Shown here: positions 23,160-36,904 of the stretch, piece by piece
How the letters are laid out: the number at the start of each line of letters is the position of its first letter
Position numbering within the stretch: position 1 is the first letter of the stretch
NCBI GenBank assembly: GCA_004431415.1
Contig: QPMI01000572.1
Coordinates: 248,001-312,000 of the forward strand
Direction: 5' to 3'
Origin: Cyanophora paradoxa CCMP329
Taxonomy: Eukaryota; Plantae; Glaucophyta
DNA length: 64,000 nucleotides
Program-made: the position numbers and the translations under genes
The notes under the pieces: generated by a model
Told to the model about the DNA's origin: nothing
The model's database searches: none
The model's input: only the letters and a program-made list of their open reading frames with translations

Positions 23160-26100
23160 AAGCCGGCCCAACGACCCCATCAACTTCGACATCATCTTCC
23201 CGTGGAAGGAGGACCTGCAGCGCGCTGCGCAGGTTCGCTTTTGCAATTCGTACTCTCGATGGCCTCATGGCCTTTTCCGGCCTCATGGCCCGCCCCTCGC
23301 AATCGATCCGATCTCCTCTCTTTCTCTCTTGCATGACTTTCTCGATCTTGCAGGCCGCTGCTGCGTCCACCTCGGGATCGGCGTGAGGCGTTCGGGCCCC
23401 CCATCGATTCCCGCTGCGTTTCGCGGCGGGGTCGATCCCTCGGCCCTCCCCTCGCCCCCGGCCCTCGTTTTCTCTTCCGGCTCTTGGGCTTTGTCCCTCG
23501 AGCTGTACCACCCCCCGTAAATGACGTTTAGGTTTCTTTCTCTGAACGTAGCAGGCAAACTAGATCGAGCTTTTCATGATGTATTAGGCAAATCTTATCG
23601 TTCTTTTCTCTTTGATTGCCTCCGCGATAGCGCGCGGCATTCAGCTGTGTTCCTGCAGGAGACTCATGTTTCTTCTTCCTCATTATCCAAGCGCCTCGCG
23701 CGCGCCTGGGGATCGGCCCCTCTTTTTGGTCTCATAACCCTAGTGGTCAGGCCACTCAGGGGGTTGCCGCTCTCTTTCCTGGTGATTCCCTTTTCAAATT
23801 CGGTTGTTGACTCCAGCTGATAGTCCTCGACTTCAACTTTTCTTGTTCGAGACCAAATTTGGTCCCATTTATTTTTGCAATGTATATGCTCCTACAGATG
23901 ATTCTGAGCGTCGCGGTTTCTATGAAACTCTTCTTTATACTCTCGAGTCCGTGGTTCCTTTCGACAGCCGCCTCATCTTAGGAGGAGATTTTAATTTCCA
24001 CGAGCTCCCCTCTGATGCTCCCGGCCCTAGTCGTGGAACCCCTCCCCCGACGCCTTTGAGTTGATCCGAGCTCGTTATGGCCTTTTCGATGCCGGGCCTC
24101 ACACTAGAGCGTGCTTTAAAACCTGGAGCCGGCCGCGGCCGGCGGGCGGGACGATTGAGTCCCGGCTCGATTATTTTTTCCTCTCGTCCTCCCTCCGCGA
24201 TTGGGCCGTCTCGCTTCGGCCGTGGACGGCTTACTCTGCAGTTGGCGAGCCACGCAATTCTGATCATATAGGCATCTATCTCACACTTAAAGCCCCGGAA
24301 TCTCTCGCCGTGGCCCCGGTCGCTGGCGCATGAACTGGGCGGCGTATGGGACATGCCCGGAATATTCTGGTTTCATTTCTACTATAATTCGTGACTGGCG
24401 CGCCGCGTGGCCATTAGTTACAGATCGCGTCCGTCGGTGGGACGCCCTCAAATCCGAGCTCCAGCGTCGTGTTCGGGCCTGGGAGCTTGATGAGAAGCGC
24501 AGGCGGAAGGACGCTTACATCTCCGCTGTTCGAGCTCTCGAGGCTCTCATCCGTCGCCACGCCGCTGGCTCTATTGATGATGTCGCTTTCCGTACACTGC
24601 GCACTTCTATGATGCGCAGCTTGAATTCGCTTGTGTCTGACTATGCCAGACAGCATTCACGCAAAGAAATTCGTTTCGCCGCAACTCAAGATGGACGGTC
24701 TAGTAAAGCTTTTTTTGAGCATTATTTACCGGATTCTCATGCTCAGTTCCCGGAGGGGCTTCGGGCCCTCGACACCGAAGGCCCAGAGGCCGCGTCGGAC
24801 GACCCCCGCACTTTGCTCGAGCTTTCTTCCGCCTATTACGCTCAACTATATGACGGCGCTGCAGCTCAGGCCGCGGTTGATCGGTCGCTAGCTGAGCGGT
24901 CTGGCGTTGCCTCTCTCTATTCCCCTCACCGCCTGCTCCCTACTGAGTCTGCTGATCTTGACTCTGACTTATCGTCTGGAGAACTATTTCGTGCTTTTAA
25001 GGAGATGTCTGGCGGAGCCAAGTCTCCTGGCATCGATGGTCTCCCTGCTGAATTCTACGTTCACTTTTTTGATGAGATTGGCCCCGATTTCTGTGCTTAC
25101 ATCGCTGCTATGTATGAGTCTGGGCAGCCGTCCGAGTCTTTGCGGCACGTCCTCATTACTCCTATTACTAAACCGGCAACGGACCCTACTTTGATTGCAA
25201 ATCGCCGCCCAATTTCTCTCTCTAATGTCGAAGAGCGTGCAGTCGAGCGCGCCCTCTCCAACCGCTTAACGCCACTCATGTCTGGTCTTGTATCCCGCTT
25301 TCAGTCTGGCTTTATTCATCGTCGGTCCGCAGTGCACCAGGTTATGCTTGTTTATCTTCTCATGCATTACGAGGGCGGTAATCCTGCACTTGAACAGCTG
25401 TGCTTCGGATTTCTTGATTTTTCAAAAGCCTATGACCGCGTTAACTGGAGCTTCCTTTTCTGGTCGCTCGAACAGTTCGGTTTCGGGTCCCAATTTATCA
25501 AGTGGGTCCGCCTGCTCTACTCTGATCTGCAGGGTTCTGTTCACATTAACGGCTGGACCTCCGCCCCTTTCCCCATTCGATGCGGTGTACGTCAGGGTGG
25601 CCCCTTTCGCCCTATCTATATAATTTGTGCACACACCTTTTAGCCCTTTTGATTAATGCTGATGCTCGTATACGAGGTGTCCGCTTGTCCTCTAGCTCTC
25701 TTTGCAAGGTGCTCCAGTTTGCAGACGACACGGTTCCTTTAATCTCGTCTTTTACCGAATTGCCTTTCTGGAAAGAGTGCTTTGATAAATACTGCCGGCT
25801 CTCTGGAGCTCTTATTAATCTCGAGAAATCTAGCCTTCTTCCACTCCGCGATATCCCGCACATGCCTGGCCTAGCGTCGAGGACTGCCCCTGGCGGCGTC
25901 TTCAGGTGACGGATCTCCCTCCCGCTGAAAAAATTCGAAAATACCTGGGCTTTCCACTAGAGCCCGATCTGTCTCGGTTCTGGCGGAAAAAGACCGCTGC
26001 TCTTGATATCCGTGTCCAGCAAGCGAAGACTTATCGCATGCCGATGCGTTCCGGCGTTCTCCTTGCCTGGGCTGTATTTATTGGGTCCCTACATTATGCT

Positions 26101-29100
26101 CTATATTTGCTTGACCCCCTGATGCTCAGTATTCGACATGGCAAGAGAAGCTTCGCGCTTTTGCTGGCGTGAGCGGGCAGCTTTCGAAGTATATTTCTCC
26201 TCTGCCGTGGCGTCAAGGTGGTCTCAACTGCCCGGATATTCGAGCTTTTTCGTTATCGCTGAAAATGAAGTGGGTGGCCTTGCTCGCTGACCCCTCTTGT
26301 TCAGCTCCTTGGAAGGAGTACCTCTTGAGCAAACTGGACGCTCAGCTGGCACCTTTTTCCTATGGCCCCGCCTTGTCTCGCTCCGCCTCCCACTTGACAG
26401 ACTTGACTTGCCTCCTATTTGGAAGCGGACTCTCTCCGAGTGGGCTCAGCGCCAGGGCGTGTGTCAACCTCGTAACTCTCCCGAAGTGTTATCCCAACCT
26501 CTTTTCTTCAATCCTCTGTTCAGTACTCCCGGCGACGAGGTCGACTGGAGTCGCTGTGCACGGTCCGGCTTGCTGCGGGTCTGCGATATCTGGGATTGTG
26601 CTGCCGGGGGTTCCGGGCTCCAGCAGCTGCCTCCTCCGCCCTCCACTCCTTTTTCCCTAGTCTGTGTTCTGCGCTCCCGGCTACTTGGCGCCAGGTTCTC
26701 GAGGCCCTGCATCGCCGCCTCAGCATCTCTGGTGGTCCGGACCGGACGCCTCGTTTGCTCTCCTTCGAGGCCCAAGTGGTACTTTTGTTGCCTTCCCTGT
26801 TCGCGATAACCAGATAATTCCACGGGTGCTGGACTACATACCGCGCGTTCCTTGCCGCCCTGCGGCTTCCCACCCTGTGGGCCTATCCTCGAGCTCCAAT
26901 TCAATTCTGTCCGTTTGCTCCCGCTGCATGTTTGCTTCAGCGCTGTCTTCCTCTCTCTTCGTCGCGGGACCCTGCCTGGCCTTTTGTTCTTGGCGCAGGC
27001 CCTTCGGCCTTTCTTTCTCTTGATAATCTTGCGTTCACTTTCGCTCGTATGCTCCCTCTCCGCCTCTCCTCTGTTCGTCGCTTCTACTGCCTTGAGGTCC
27101 AGCGGCTTCGCGATGTGTCTAGCCACGCTCAGATGCCCGATGCTAAGTGGGGGTTTCCCGGCGCCTTGTCTCCGTCCGTCTTCCTAATCTTGTCGTCCTT
27201 CAGTGTTTCCCGATGCTTTGGATCGATGCTCTTTACCGTTTGCATTTCAAATTGTATCGTTTGGGCGAGCAACAGTCGCCCGCCGTCGTTTCTGTCGGGT
27301 TTGTAATGACGGATCTGCTCGCTCTCACGCGCACGTTTTCTCTGAGTGCCGCTTTCTCGTTCGTTCTGGGATTTCATTCGTGAGCGCCTGAATTTCTGGG
27401 CTTCTACTCTTCACCGGATGAGCGTGAAGAGGTCGCAGTGCCTGAGCTCTCTCTCTTCCACATCCTCTCGGTTCCGGATTTATCTGGGCCCATTTTGCGC
27501 AGTAAAGTTAACCCCGCCTTCTGCCTTCGCTCACTTGGAGCGATCCTTGCTGGCGTATTTTCCATCCAACAGGTTGCTCGCGCTCGGTGCGATCTTGAGG
27601 AGGCTGACATTGATGCGCCTTCTTACAACCGCGCCGCGCTTGTTGCCGCCTGGGACAGAAATATGTCGTACCTCGAGTTCACCCTTTCGCAGGCTTCGGC
27701 CTTGTTGGAGGAGCGGCGCGCTCGCTTGGCTGCTGCTGACGCTGATGATCAGGCTGCCTCGGATGATGACGCACATGATTCAGAGTCTGGTACCGGTTCT
27801 CATCGTTCTAGTTCAAGCTCTGATTCTGACTCGTCCGGCGCTCCTTCTTCGGGCGGTGCTGACAACCTCGTCTCTTCGCGTGACATCGATTCTGTCCTCC
27901 GGAATCCTGCGGAGTTTGCCGTTCGTGGGAATGTCCCGTTGGGGATCCCTGGTGGTCGCCCGCCTCCTGCGCCGTCCCCTCCTGCTCTGGCCCTGTAGTG
28001 ACCCTTGGGCCCATTCCTATTCCTGCTCTCGCTGCCCTCTCGACGCTCCTTTCCCCCATTCCCTGCGGTCCCGATCCTGTGCTCCTTGGCCCTCTGGCCC
28101 GCCTCTGCCTCCTCCTCCTTACAACTTGCTGTCACGGGCCTCTTCACTTGCCTGTTCCCCGGCAGGTCCCTGGTCATCTTGCAGCTCCATACCCCTTCTT
28201 ACCTCTTCCCTTGCTCCTCCACTTCCGCCCTGCGAGGCCCTCTTTCTGACGTCCTCCTGGTTCAGCCCTCTTCAGCCCATCCTTCTTGCCCCGCTTCTGC
28301 AACTGTGACGCTGGGCGGCACTATCTTTTTGCATGCCCTCCCGCCTCTACGTCCCGGTCTCTTTGCGTCTGCATCCACTTTCCCGGATCCGCTTGCAGGC
28401 CCCTCGCCTCCAGAGCTCGCCATCACTTCGGCCTCCCTCGCCTCCGCTCTCGATTCTCCATACCCTTCGAATAGCCGCCTCCTCTCTCCTCCTCCGCCTC
28501 CCTCCCCCCTCGAGCTCCGGGTCCTCGGCCTCTGCCCGCTTCCGAGTGTTGGCGAGACTGTCCTCTTTTCGATCTCCCCGTCATTCCGGCTCCCTGCTCC
28601 CCTTCGGCGCCTCGGGTCCATCTGCGGGTCCTATCCCGCTTCCTGGCGCTCGTGAGATTCGCCGCCGGCGCCCTCGTCGGGCCCTTGCGCCCTCGAGCTC
28701 GTCTCTCTCTGCACCGCCCATGGCCATGACCTCCGTGTCATCTGCTCCGGCGCCACCCGACCTTTCTCCTGCTTTGCTGCCCTCTCTTCGGCGCCGGCAG
28801 CGATCCCCGTCACCTGCTCGTGGCCCTTCCCCTGCCTCCGACCCTTCCTCGGCCCCTCCTCGCCTCTTCCGTCTCGTCGGCCCCGCCGCATTCCGTCGGC
28901 GGATCTCTCGATCGACCCTGGACTCTCCGCCTGCCACTGTCTGCGGGTACCTCCGCCGCCGTGTTCGGCGCCGGCTGTCAGTACTTTGCTCGGTAGCTCC
29001 CCCGTCGTGGCTCCTCGGGGCCTCTTCGTCGTCGTCGTTCGCTGGGTTCCGGCTCCGGGTCAGATTTCTCGCCGGGCTTACCTTCTCCTGGCTCTGCTCC

Positions 29101-29973
29101 TGGGCCCTCAGCTCCGGGACCGGCTTCCCCGATCTCCTTCCGGACTCGTGGTCGTACCCGTCGCCGGCTTGCGAGCCTGCGGCTCCTTCTACTTCCCCCG
29201 GCGGTTTGCCGGGCCGGACCCTCCGGCCTTTGTTCTTGATACCGGACTACCGCCTTTGTCCTTGTCTTCTGCTTCGCTGGTCGCGATCGTATCCCGCCGG
29301 CGCCGGCGTACTTCTTCGTCTTCTAGTTTAGTTCGGTCTGGTTCGGATTCTGATCGTAGTGTTGATGCTAGAGTTAGTTTCAATACTAGCTATAGTCCTC
29401 GTGCTCGACCTGTTGTTCGCCGTCGTTTGCAGTTCGATTGCCCGCCTCGACCCGGCCGCTTTAGTGATTCCTTTGACTGTTCTTTGCCTGCTCTTGATCC
29501 GCCTGCTCCGCCTCCTGTGTCCTCCTCGACCTCGTGCCGTAGCTCTGCCCTTTCGCATCGTCCTGCTTCGCCTCCGCCTCCATGTCGTCTTGTTGTTCCT
29601 CTTACTTGTCTTCTTCCTGTTATTTATCTTTCTCAATTTTGTCCCCCGCTTCTTAGTGATGTAATTCCTTCTGATATTGATGGTATCTCTAGCTCTGGCT
29701 CTTCTTCGTGTCAGTTATCCTCTAGCTCTGGCTCTTCTTCGTGTCAGTTATCCTCTGTCCTAGATCTGCTCGATTTATCGTCTCTTCTCGCAATCGATCT
29801 GTCTCGAGCTCTGTGTCTTTCCTTTTTTATTGTCGTTTTTGGCTCTTTGTCTTATCTTTCTTCGTGCTCTTGTCTTAGTTATTTTGCTATTTTGTCTCTA
29901 TGCCCCCTGGGCAGCCCCCGCAGTGCTGGTGTCTAGAGACTGTGGCCGGTAATTCACCAAAAAAAAAAAAAAA
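23160..29973 (+). mobile_element. Non-LTR retrotransposon (LINE, L1/Tx1-like), 5'-truncated within ORF1, with poly(A) tail
   Basis: APE-RT-zinc knuckle ORF2 (see next feature); T/C-rich 3' region; ends ...ggccggtaattcacc followed by A15 at 29959-29973. Possible degenerate TSD: aaggcccaattttggccaaggcagc (23135) vs aaggctgccaagcttagccaaggcagc (29972). Confidence 0.92.
23521..27998 (+). pseudogene. LINE ORF2 (AP endonuclease + reverse transcriptase + CCHC zinc knuckle), frameshifted in this sequence
   Basis: APE motifs: FLSLNV, FLQETH, NVYAP, LILGGDFN, SRLDY, SDH. RT motifs: KSPGIDGLPAEFY, RPISLSN, QSGF, LDFSKAYDRV, GVRQG..PLSP, QFADD, INLEKS, KYLG. Zinc knuckle CRVC...SHAHVFSEC at ~27290-27350. 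Confidence 0.92.
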
Positions 29974-30500
29974 GGCTGCCAAGCTTAGCCAAGGCAGCTT
30001 GCGAAACTGTATAATACTGTATCCGGGATCCCCCCAATTCGGCCAAGCATCGATCGCGATCGCGAAGGCTGGCGAAGCCCTGGACAGTTTTTTTCCCCAA
30101 TTCCCCGGGTAACCCCTCGTCGGAGTCCTCGTCCGGACTACGGAGGGCGCCGCGGCCGAGGAAGCTTAGTAAGTCGCAGACAGGCGATCGACCGCCGGCG
30201 CGTTCCGCCGAATTGCGCGAACTTGGGAAAGGCTTCGAGCTTCGGTGCTGGCAGGCACTGGCAGCAGCACCGCGCGGCACGGCAACACGCCCGGTGGCCC
30301 CGGCGGGCCCGGCCTTCGCCCGACCGCAGCCCGCATGCCGGTCATCTTCCAGTTGATTGCCATCTTGCCTGCCGCTTAGCGCGCGCGGGCCGCGGCCCCA
30401 GACTTGGCAGCTTCATTTGCCCGTCGCACCGCCACCAGCAGCGGCACTCGCTGCCGGCTCGGTGGATCTGCGTAATTCACGTTCGGAAGCGGATCGTGAC

Positions 30501-33500
30501 ATGTTTGCAGAGCTGGCGCCTGCGGCCATCATCGAATCCGGCGGCGGTCATGGCGGGACTGCCCTGCGCAGCTCTGCGCCTGCAGCTGGATCTGCAGCGG
30601 GGAATGAGGTACACCGTGCGAGTCCGCCTGAGCTGCCAGGTCAGCCCTCGTGGATATTGCTGGAGGTGAAGAAATTGCCGCGAGCCGAGGCGCCGGCGAT
30701 CATGGTGCACACGCACACGCGCACGCGCGCTTTCGTGGGATCTCTCCGGTCCCTGATTGCTGCGTTAGGATCAGGAGTGGGTCCAGCCTCCGGCCTCGCG
30801 CCTGGCAAACGGTGCACAGCTCGGCGTCCAGGACGGCGTCCAAGTCTACAGCTTGAACCCCGGCCGGTGCGCCGCGCCCTTCGGACGCTCGCCCCCGCGC
30901 CGGTCGCGAGCGGCGCCGCCGCGCGCGCGCGCAGGCCCTACCGCCTGGCCCTGCACCCGGAGGACCCGGCGCGGCAGAAGTGGACGGGATCGCGGCTGCA
31001 TGTCCGCCTGCACTTCGCCGGTGAGCAGGCGGGCCCCCTCCCGAGCCCGCCTCGCGCCCGAGTGCTAGCGCGGCGCGGCGCTGACGGGCGGGCGGCAGAC
31101 GACGGCGCGGTGGTCACGCCGGACGCCCTCGCCGCGTTCCCGATCGGCGCGCGGAGCACGCTGACCTCGTGGGAGGTCAGCCTGCGCGTCAACCGCCTCG
31201 GTTTCACCGACGAAGTCTTCGGGATCGGTCCGCCCGCCCGCCCGCCCGCCCGCCGCGGCACCGTTCGCCCCGCCGCTCGCCCGACGCGCCCCCGCCCCCG
31301 CCCCGCCCCGCCCCGCCCCGCCCGCCGCCGCTGCCGCAGCTGCGACGACGGAGCAGCACAGAGGGCGGCTCTTCAGGTGCGGCCCCGGCGCGCGCTCGCC
31401 CGCCCGCGGTCGCCGCGCGAGCTGGGACCGACCGAGGAGCTTCGCCGCGGGCGCGGGCGCAGGATTCGAGTACTCCTCGCGGTCGGCGATAGCGATGCCG
31501 GCTCGGTCTGCGTGCAGGTCGTGAGGGACCAAGACGGGGCCGCCCGGGGCCGACAGGCGCCCGCCGAGGCGAAGCCCAAGCGCCCCTGGCGGCCCCGGCG
31601 CGGAGCCGGCCCCCCGCTCGAGGCGGCGCCGGAGGCTTCAGCGGGAGGCGGGGCCGCAGGGGCCGGCGCCCTCCTCCTCGCCCGCCCGTTCCGGTCGCGA
31701 GGCGCCGCCGCCGGCCTTTGCCCTGCGGCCGGACACGCACGCCCCCGCGGCGACCCTTCGCCCGCACCCCGTCGACCCCGCCTCCGAGCCGATACCGCTG
31801 TCGCTCCCGCGGCGCCGGGGCTGCCGCGCCGGCCCTGAGCGACGCCGCGCTGGCGGTGGTGATGGCGGCGGCCGAGGCCGAGGCCGCCCGCCTCCCGAAG
31901 CCGCCGGCCGCGCCCGAGGCGCTCCAGCCGGCCTCGCCGGCGCCGCAGGACGCCGCCGCAGGCAGCCTTCAGCTCGTGCCCGCCTTCCCCCGGAGCCCGG
32001 CGCCTGCCCTGTCCGCGCCGCAGCTGCCCGTCGCCCCTTCGCTCGGAGGCCGGCCCCCGCCGCGCGGGCGCCGCCGGACGCCTCCGTGGACGACCTCGTG
32101 TCGATCTTCCGCGAGCTCTGCCGCTTCGACCCTCCCTGCCGCCCAGCCTCCCCGGCCGCCCTCCCCGCCCCGCTCGAGCCCGGAGCCCTCCGGGCCCCCG
32201 AGAGCCGCCCTGCGGGCGCCCGACGCGGCGTGCGCCCTACCCCCCCCCCCCCAACCCCGCCCCGCCCGCCCGCCCGCCCCTCGCGCGACGCCGCCGCCAC
32301 AGGCCGCCCGAGACCGACGCGCTCGCGATCGCCGGCCCTTCGCTCGTCTCGCCGAGCGGTGCGCTCCCCGCCGCCCCCCGCGCGGGACGCGCCCCCGCGA
32401 GCCCTCGGACCTGGCACGGCAGGCCCCTCGGCCGGCGCGGCGCCCCTCCGCCCTTCGGCTTCGCCTTCGATCGCGAAGTCCAGGTCCGGACCCCCGCCCA
32501 CCCCGCCGCCGCCGCCGCGGCCGGCGCCGGCGCCGGTCGCCTGAGGGCGGGGCGGGGACGGGCGCCCTACAGGCGCCCTACCTGCACGCGGCGGACTCGG
32601 CGCGGCTGGGCGCGCTGGAGCTGGTGCAGGCGGCGGCCGCCGCCGTGCGCGCCGCCGCGCAGGCCGCCGGCGTCGGCCACTTCCTCGCCGCCCGGCCCCG
32701 CCGCCCCGCGCCGTCGCCGACGCCTGCGCCGACCTCGCCACCGTGAGCCCGCCCGCTCGCACCGAGCGAGCGAGCGAGCGAGCGAGCCGGGCGGGCGGGC
32801 GCCCCGCAGGCCCTCTCGTCCCCGCCCTCTTCGACACGCCGCTCTTCACGACGCGCGACGGTGCGCTCGGCCCGCCCGCCGTACTGGCGCCGCGACGCGC
32901 GGGGGCGGGCGGGCGGGCAGGGCGCTACCGCACGCGTCAGCTCATCGACGAGCTCCGCTTGAGCGGCACCTCGGAGCTGGTGCGCGGGGCCGCGGCCGCC
33001 GGGGCGCCGCGCCGCCGGGGCCGACCGCGAGACCTCTCTGCCCGTCGCCCAGGTGGACGGGGTGCTATCGAGCTGGCGGCAGGCCCTCCTCAGAGTCTCC
33101 GTCGAGTCGTTCCTCGCGTGCGCTCGCCCCGCCCCGCCCCGCCCGCCGCGGCCGCCCCGCGAGCGAGCGAGCGAGCCTGATGCGGGGGGCGGGCGGGGGG
33201 CAGGCGCGACGCGGCGGCCGTGGCGCAGCACATTTGGAACGCCATCGAAGTCGTCGTCGGCCACGTGCGCCCCGCCCGAGCCGCCCCTCCCGCCCCGCCG
33301 GCGCGCCCCCCGGCTGAGCGCCCCGCCCGCCCCGCCCGCCCGGCCCCGCTCGCAGCCGCACTCGATCAAGACGGTGGACCTGGTCCCCGTGGACCGCGAG
33401 TACATCTTCTCGCTCCTGAACAAGGTCGACCAGGTGCGCGGCGCCTCGCTGAGCGCGCGGACCGGCGCGGGGCCGGGGCCGGGCCGGGGCCGGGCGGGCC

Positions 33501-35702
33501 GCGGCGAGCCGGGGCGGGCGGCCGGGGCCAGGTGCTGGCGGAGCACCGGGCGGGGACCCGGAGCTGCACGTGCGGGCCCTCACGCGCCGCGCCTGGCTCA
33601 TGGCCCAGGTGCGCCGCGCGCGCCCGGCCCGGCCCCGCGCGCCCCTCCGACCCCGGTTCCAGTACGGCGACGTGGAACAGGCGCTCGAGTACTGTGCGCC
33701 CGCCGCGCCGCGCCGCGACCGGCGCGCGCGCGCGCGCGACGCCGAAGCTGAGCTCTCGTCTGCCTCCGGGCGCAGACTTCTCGGCGTGGAGCGACGTGAT
33801 CCGGCACGGGCTGGCCCTCTCGCGCCTCGAGATCCAGCTCCTCTGCGAGCTCGTCGAGATCTCCGTCCGCCGCCCTCCCGCTGGCCCCATCTGGCCCTCG
33901 TCTGACCTTATTCCTCCCCCCCCCCCCCCCCCCCACACCCCCACCCCCTCTCCCAGTGCTGGTGCCCTCCAAGTGGGAGCTCGCCGACCACATCTGCGGC
34001 AAGGCGCGCGGGCGCCAGCCAGCCAGCCAGCCAGCCAGCTGGCGAGCCAGCTGACGAGCCGAGCCGGGGCCGCGCGGGCGCAGGTCTACTGGTTCTCGTC
34101 GGGGGACGCGGAGGACCAGTACCTCGAGGCCTACGCCTCCCGCACCATGGGTGCGAGGCCATCGGACCCGCTCAGCCGCCCCCGCCGGCCCGCTCAGCCG
34201 CCCCCGGCCTCAGGGATGGTGGCGATGGCGTTCGGGCGGTGGAAGGCGGCGAAGCACCACCTCGGACGCTCCGTCGAGCTCGTCGAGCTCCTCCCCGTCG
34301 GCTACCGGTCCGCCCGTACCCAGGGAGGGGGGGGGAAACGGGGGGCGGGGGAGGGGAGAAGGGGGGCTACGGGGGCGGCGGCCGCCCCGCCCCCGCCGCT
34401 TCTGAAGGGAAAGAGAGGGAGGCTGCGCACGAAGAAGAAGAAGAAGCTGACGCGGGCGCTGCGCGCGGGCACGCGGGGGGCGGGCAGGCTGTACGCGGAG
34501 CGGGTGTACAAGAACCTGGGCCACCTCGCCTACCACACCGGCGACATCGTCACCTGCCTCCGCGTCCGCCCGCCCGCCCGCCCGCACCAGCGCCGCAGCG
34601 GCTCGCCCTCGGCTCGCCTGACGGCGTGAGGGGGCGGGGGCGGGCAGTACTGCCGGAAGATGAACGACGCGCTCTCGCGCTACGCCGGGCTCGCCTGGAA
34701 CGAGGTCGACCTGGTGCGCGCGCCCGCGCGCCACAAGCAGTGTCGAGAGCTGCGCAGCCGCGTGTGTCGCGAGAAGCCGCACATAGAGCCGCCGCTTAGC
34801 ATCGAAACGTAGTCGCGCGTCCGCTCCCGCCCCGCACCCGCCCCCGCCCCCGCTCTCTAGGAAGGCACTCTCGTCGCGGGTCCGACCGGGGGGGGGGCGG
34901 GCCGGGGCGGGCTGCAGTTCTCGTACAGCCTGCGGGCAGCGAAGGCGATCTGCGACTCGGACCTCCGCCCCGGGCGCATGAAGCGCAGCTACACCATGTG
35001 CCCGCCTTCACCCGCCCGCTCGCCGCCGCACGCGCCGCCGCCGGACCGCCGAAGGCTGACGGCGGCGGCCGCGCGCGCGCGCAGGGCGGACTTTGCGAAG
35101 ACGCTGCGGTGGACGACGGTGCTGACGTCGTGCGCGGGGGGCGGCTCGGGGCCCTACCACCAGGTGACGAACGCGCACAACACGTACCAGCTGGGCCTCA
35201 CCACCGCCTGCCTGGGGGACTGGCGCGCCGCCCTCGACCACTTCGAAGAGGCCGAGCGCTTCTACAGGTACCGCTTCGCCTCCCTTCCCTCCCTCCTTCC
35301 TTCCTTCTCCTTTCTGTTGTTCCTCACGCGGGGGCCTCCGCCCCGCCGGGCGCGCGGCGCAGCCTGCACCCGGCCTACTTCCCGCCCCACCTGGGGCGCT
35401 GCCGGGACGTCTCGGAGGCGATCCGCGTCTGCCGGGAGAACCTCCGCCTCGCGACGCCCGAGGCGGCCCGCGTACCCCCGGCCCTGCTCGACCCCGCCCT
35501 GGCGATGGTGGACCCCGGGAGCGCCTGGCCGCCCTCGTGGCCCGTCCCCTGCTACGAGGACGGCCGCAGCGCCCTCGGGCCCTTCGCCCCCCCTCCTTCC
35601 GCACCCCCCCTCCCTCGCCCGCCGCCCCGCACCGACGGCCGCGGCCCGAGCCCGAGCCGGCGCCCGGCCCCCTCCTGGTCCGTCCCTGGCTCCTCCAGGT
35701 AG
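30501..35702 (+). CDS. Hypothetical multi-exon protein with a C-terminal helical/TPR-like region
   Basis: Regular exon/intron alternation. Helical-repeat-like exons: YGDVEQALEY, AYASRTMGMVAMAFGRWKAAKHHLGRSVEL, VYKNLGHLAYHTGD, YQLGLTTACLGDWRAALDHFEEAERFY. Stop at 35702; start uncertain. Confidence 0.6.
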
Positions 35703-36904
35703 GGCCCGCGCGAGCTACTTCTCGCGCGCCCGCCCGCCTCGGCCGTCCCTTTTTCTCGGCGGCCGCGGCGTGTTAACTTACATAAGTAGCGCAAGTGCCA
35801 GTGGCGCCTTGCACACGTAGCTGTAGCGTAAGTAGCGCAATCTGCCTTCATCAGAACTGCCCGGCTAGTACTAGTGCGTTTTCCATTCGATCTTGTAAAT
35901 AGCTGCAGCTGCAGGCCTAGAAATACTTGCATTGTGTGGTGATCTGAGGCTCCGTCGACGTTCAGTACTTGCAGCTGTCTCATGGTATCGATTAACACTT
36001 ATATATGTTCAGTATGATCATTATGATAATTACATGTGGCAGCCCCAGTAATCAAATAAGTGGCCTGCAGCTCCGTGGCCTTAGCTTGGAGTCTGGGGGC
36101 TTCAGCTTGGCAAGACGCGAGGGTGGGCCTCTGTAGCTTGATCTTCTTTCCCCAAGCTAAGCTTAAGCTAAGGCCGATATACACCGATCGCGATATCGAT
36201 CCGATGGCGAGCTCGAGATCGAGACCCGCATGCGCACGACCGCGATCGAGATCGCGCATGCGAATATTAATTCGAAGCCGTACGTGTACTACGGTAGTTA
36301 TAGGTGCATATATGACTATGCGTGTGTGCGTTGAAAAAGCTAGATCTAGAATTCGAAGAACTCAAGGTTACGAATTTCGAATATACACCGTGACACGAAA
36401 ATGCAAATCATACTATGCTCCAAAAAAAGAACCGTTGAACAGATCTAGCATACAGACTCTGATCATGAGAAATTCATTACCAAGTATCACTCAGTGACTG
36501 CACATGCAAAAGCAGAACTTGCCAATTTCCTCGGGCCCTCTTGGAACTAATTATATAATGTTTAAAGGGTCGAACTTCATCGATTTCAATCTGCATGCGC
36601 AGCTGCAGCTGGCGTTTCGAATCCGCTGGTCGATATCCGAAGATTTGCGCATGCATCCTCATGATAGCGACCGCCTGCGCGCGGATACTCTGAAATCAAT
36701 CCGATGATCCGAAGGGGAGGCGAGAGGGAGATTGCTTACTGGCCAGCTAGCCCGCTTTCGCTGGCCGGCTCGTACAACCTTTCGAACTGCTCGGCTTTGA
36801 TGACGTACTGCGGATCCCGGAAGGAGGTCATGATCAATTGCAAGCGCGGGCGGATGAAGATCTAGAAACGAAAGGGAGATTTAGATTCGGAGGTCCACAC
36901 AAGC

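Noticed and set aside
30357-35820. Many long overlapping Arg/Pro/Ala/Gly-rich ORFs on both strands (also 41-52 kb)
   Set aside because: Expected from stop-codon scarcity at very high GC and read-through of short introns. Only the spliced frames give recognisable proteins.
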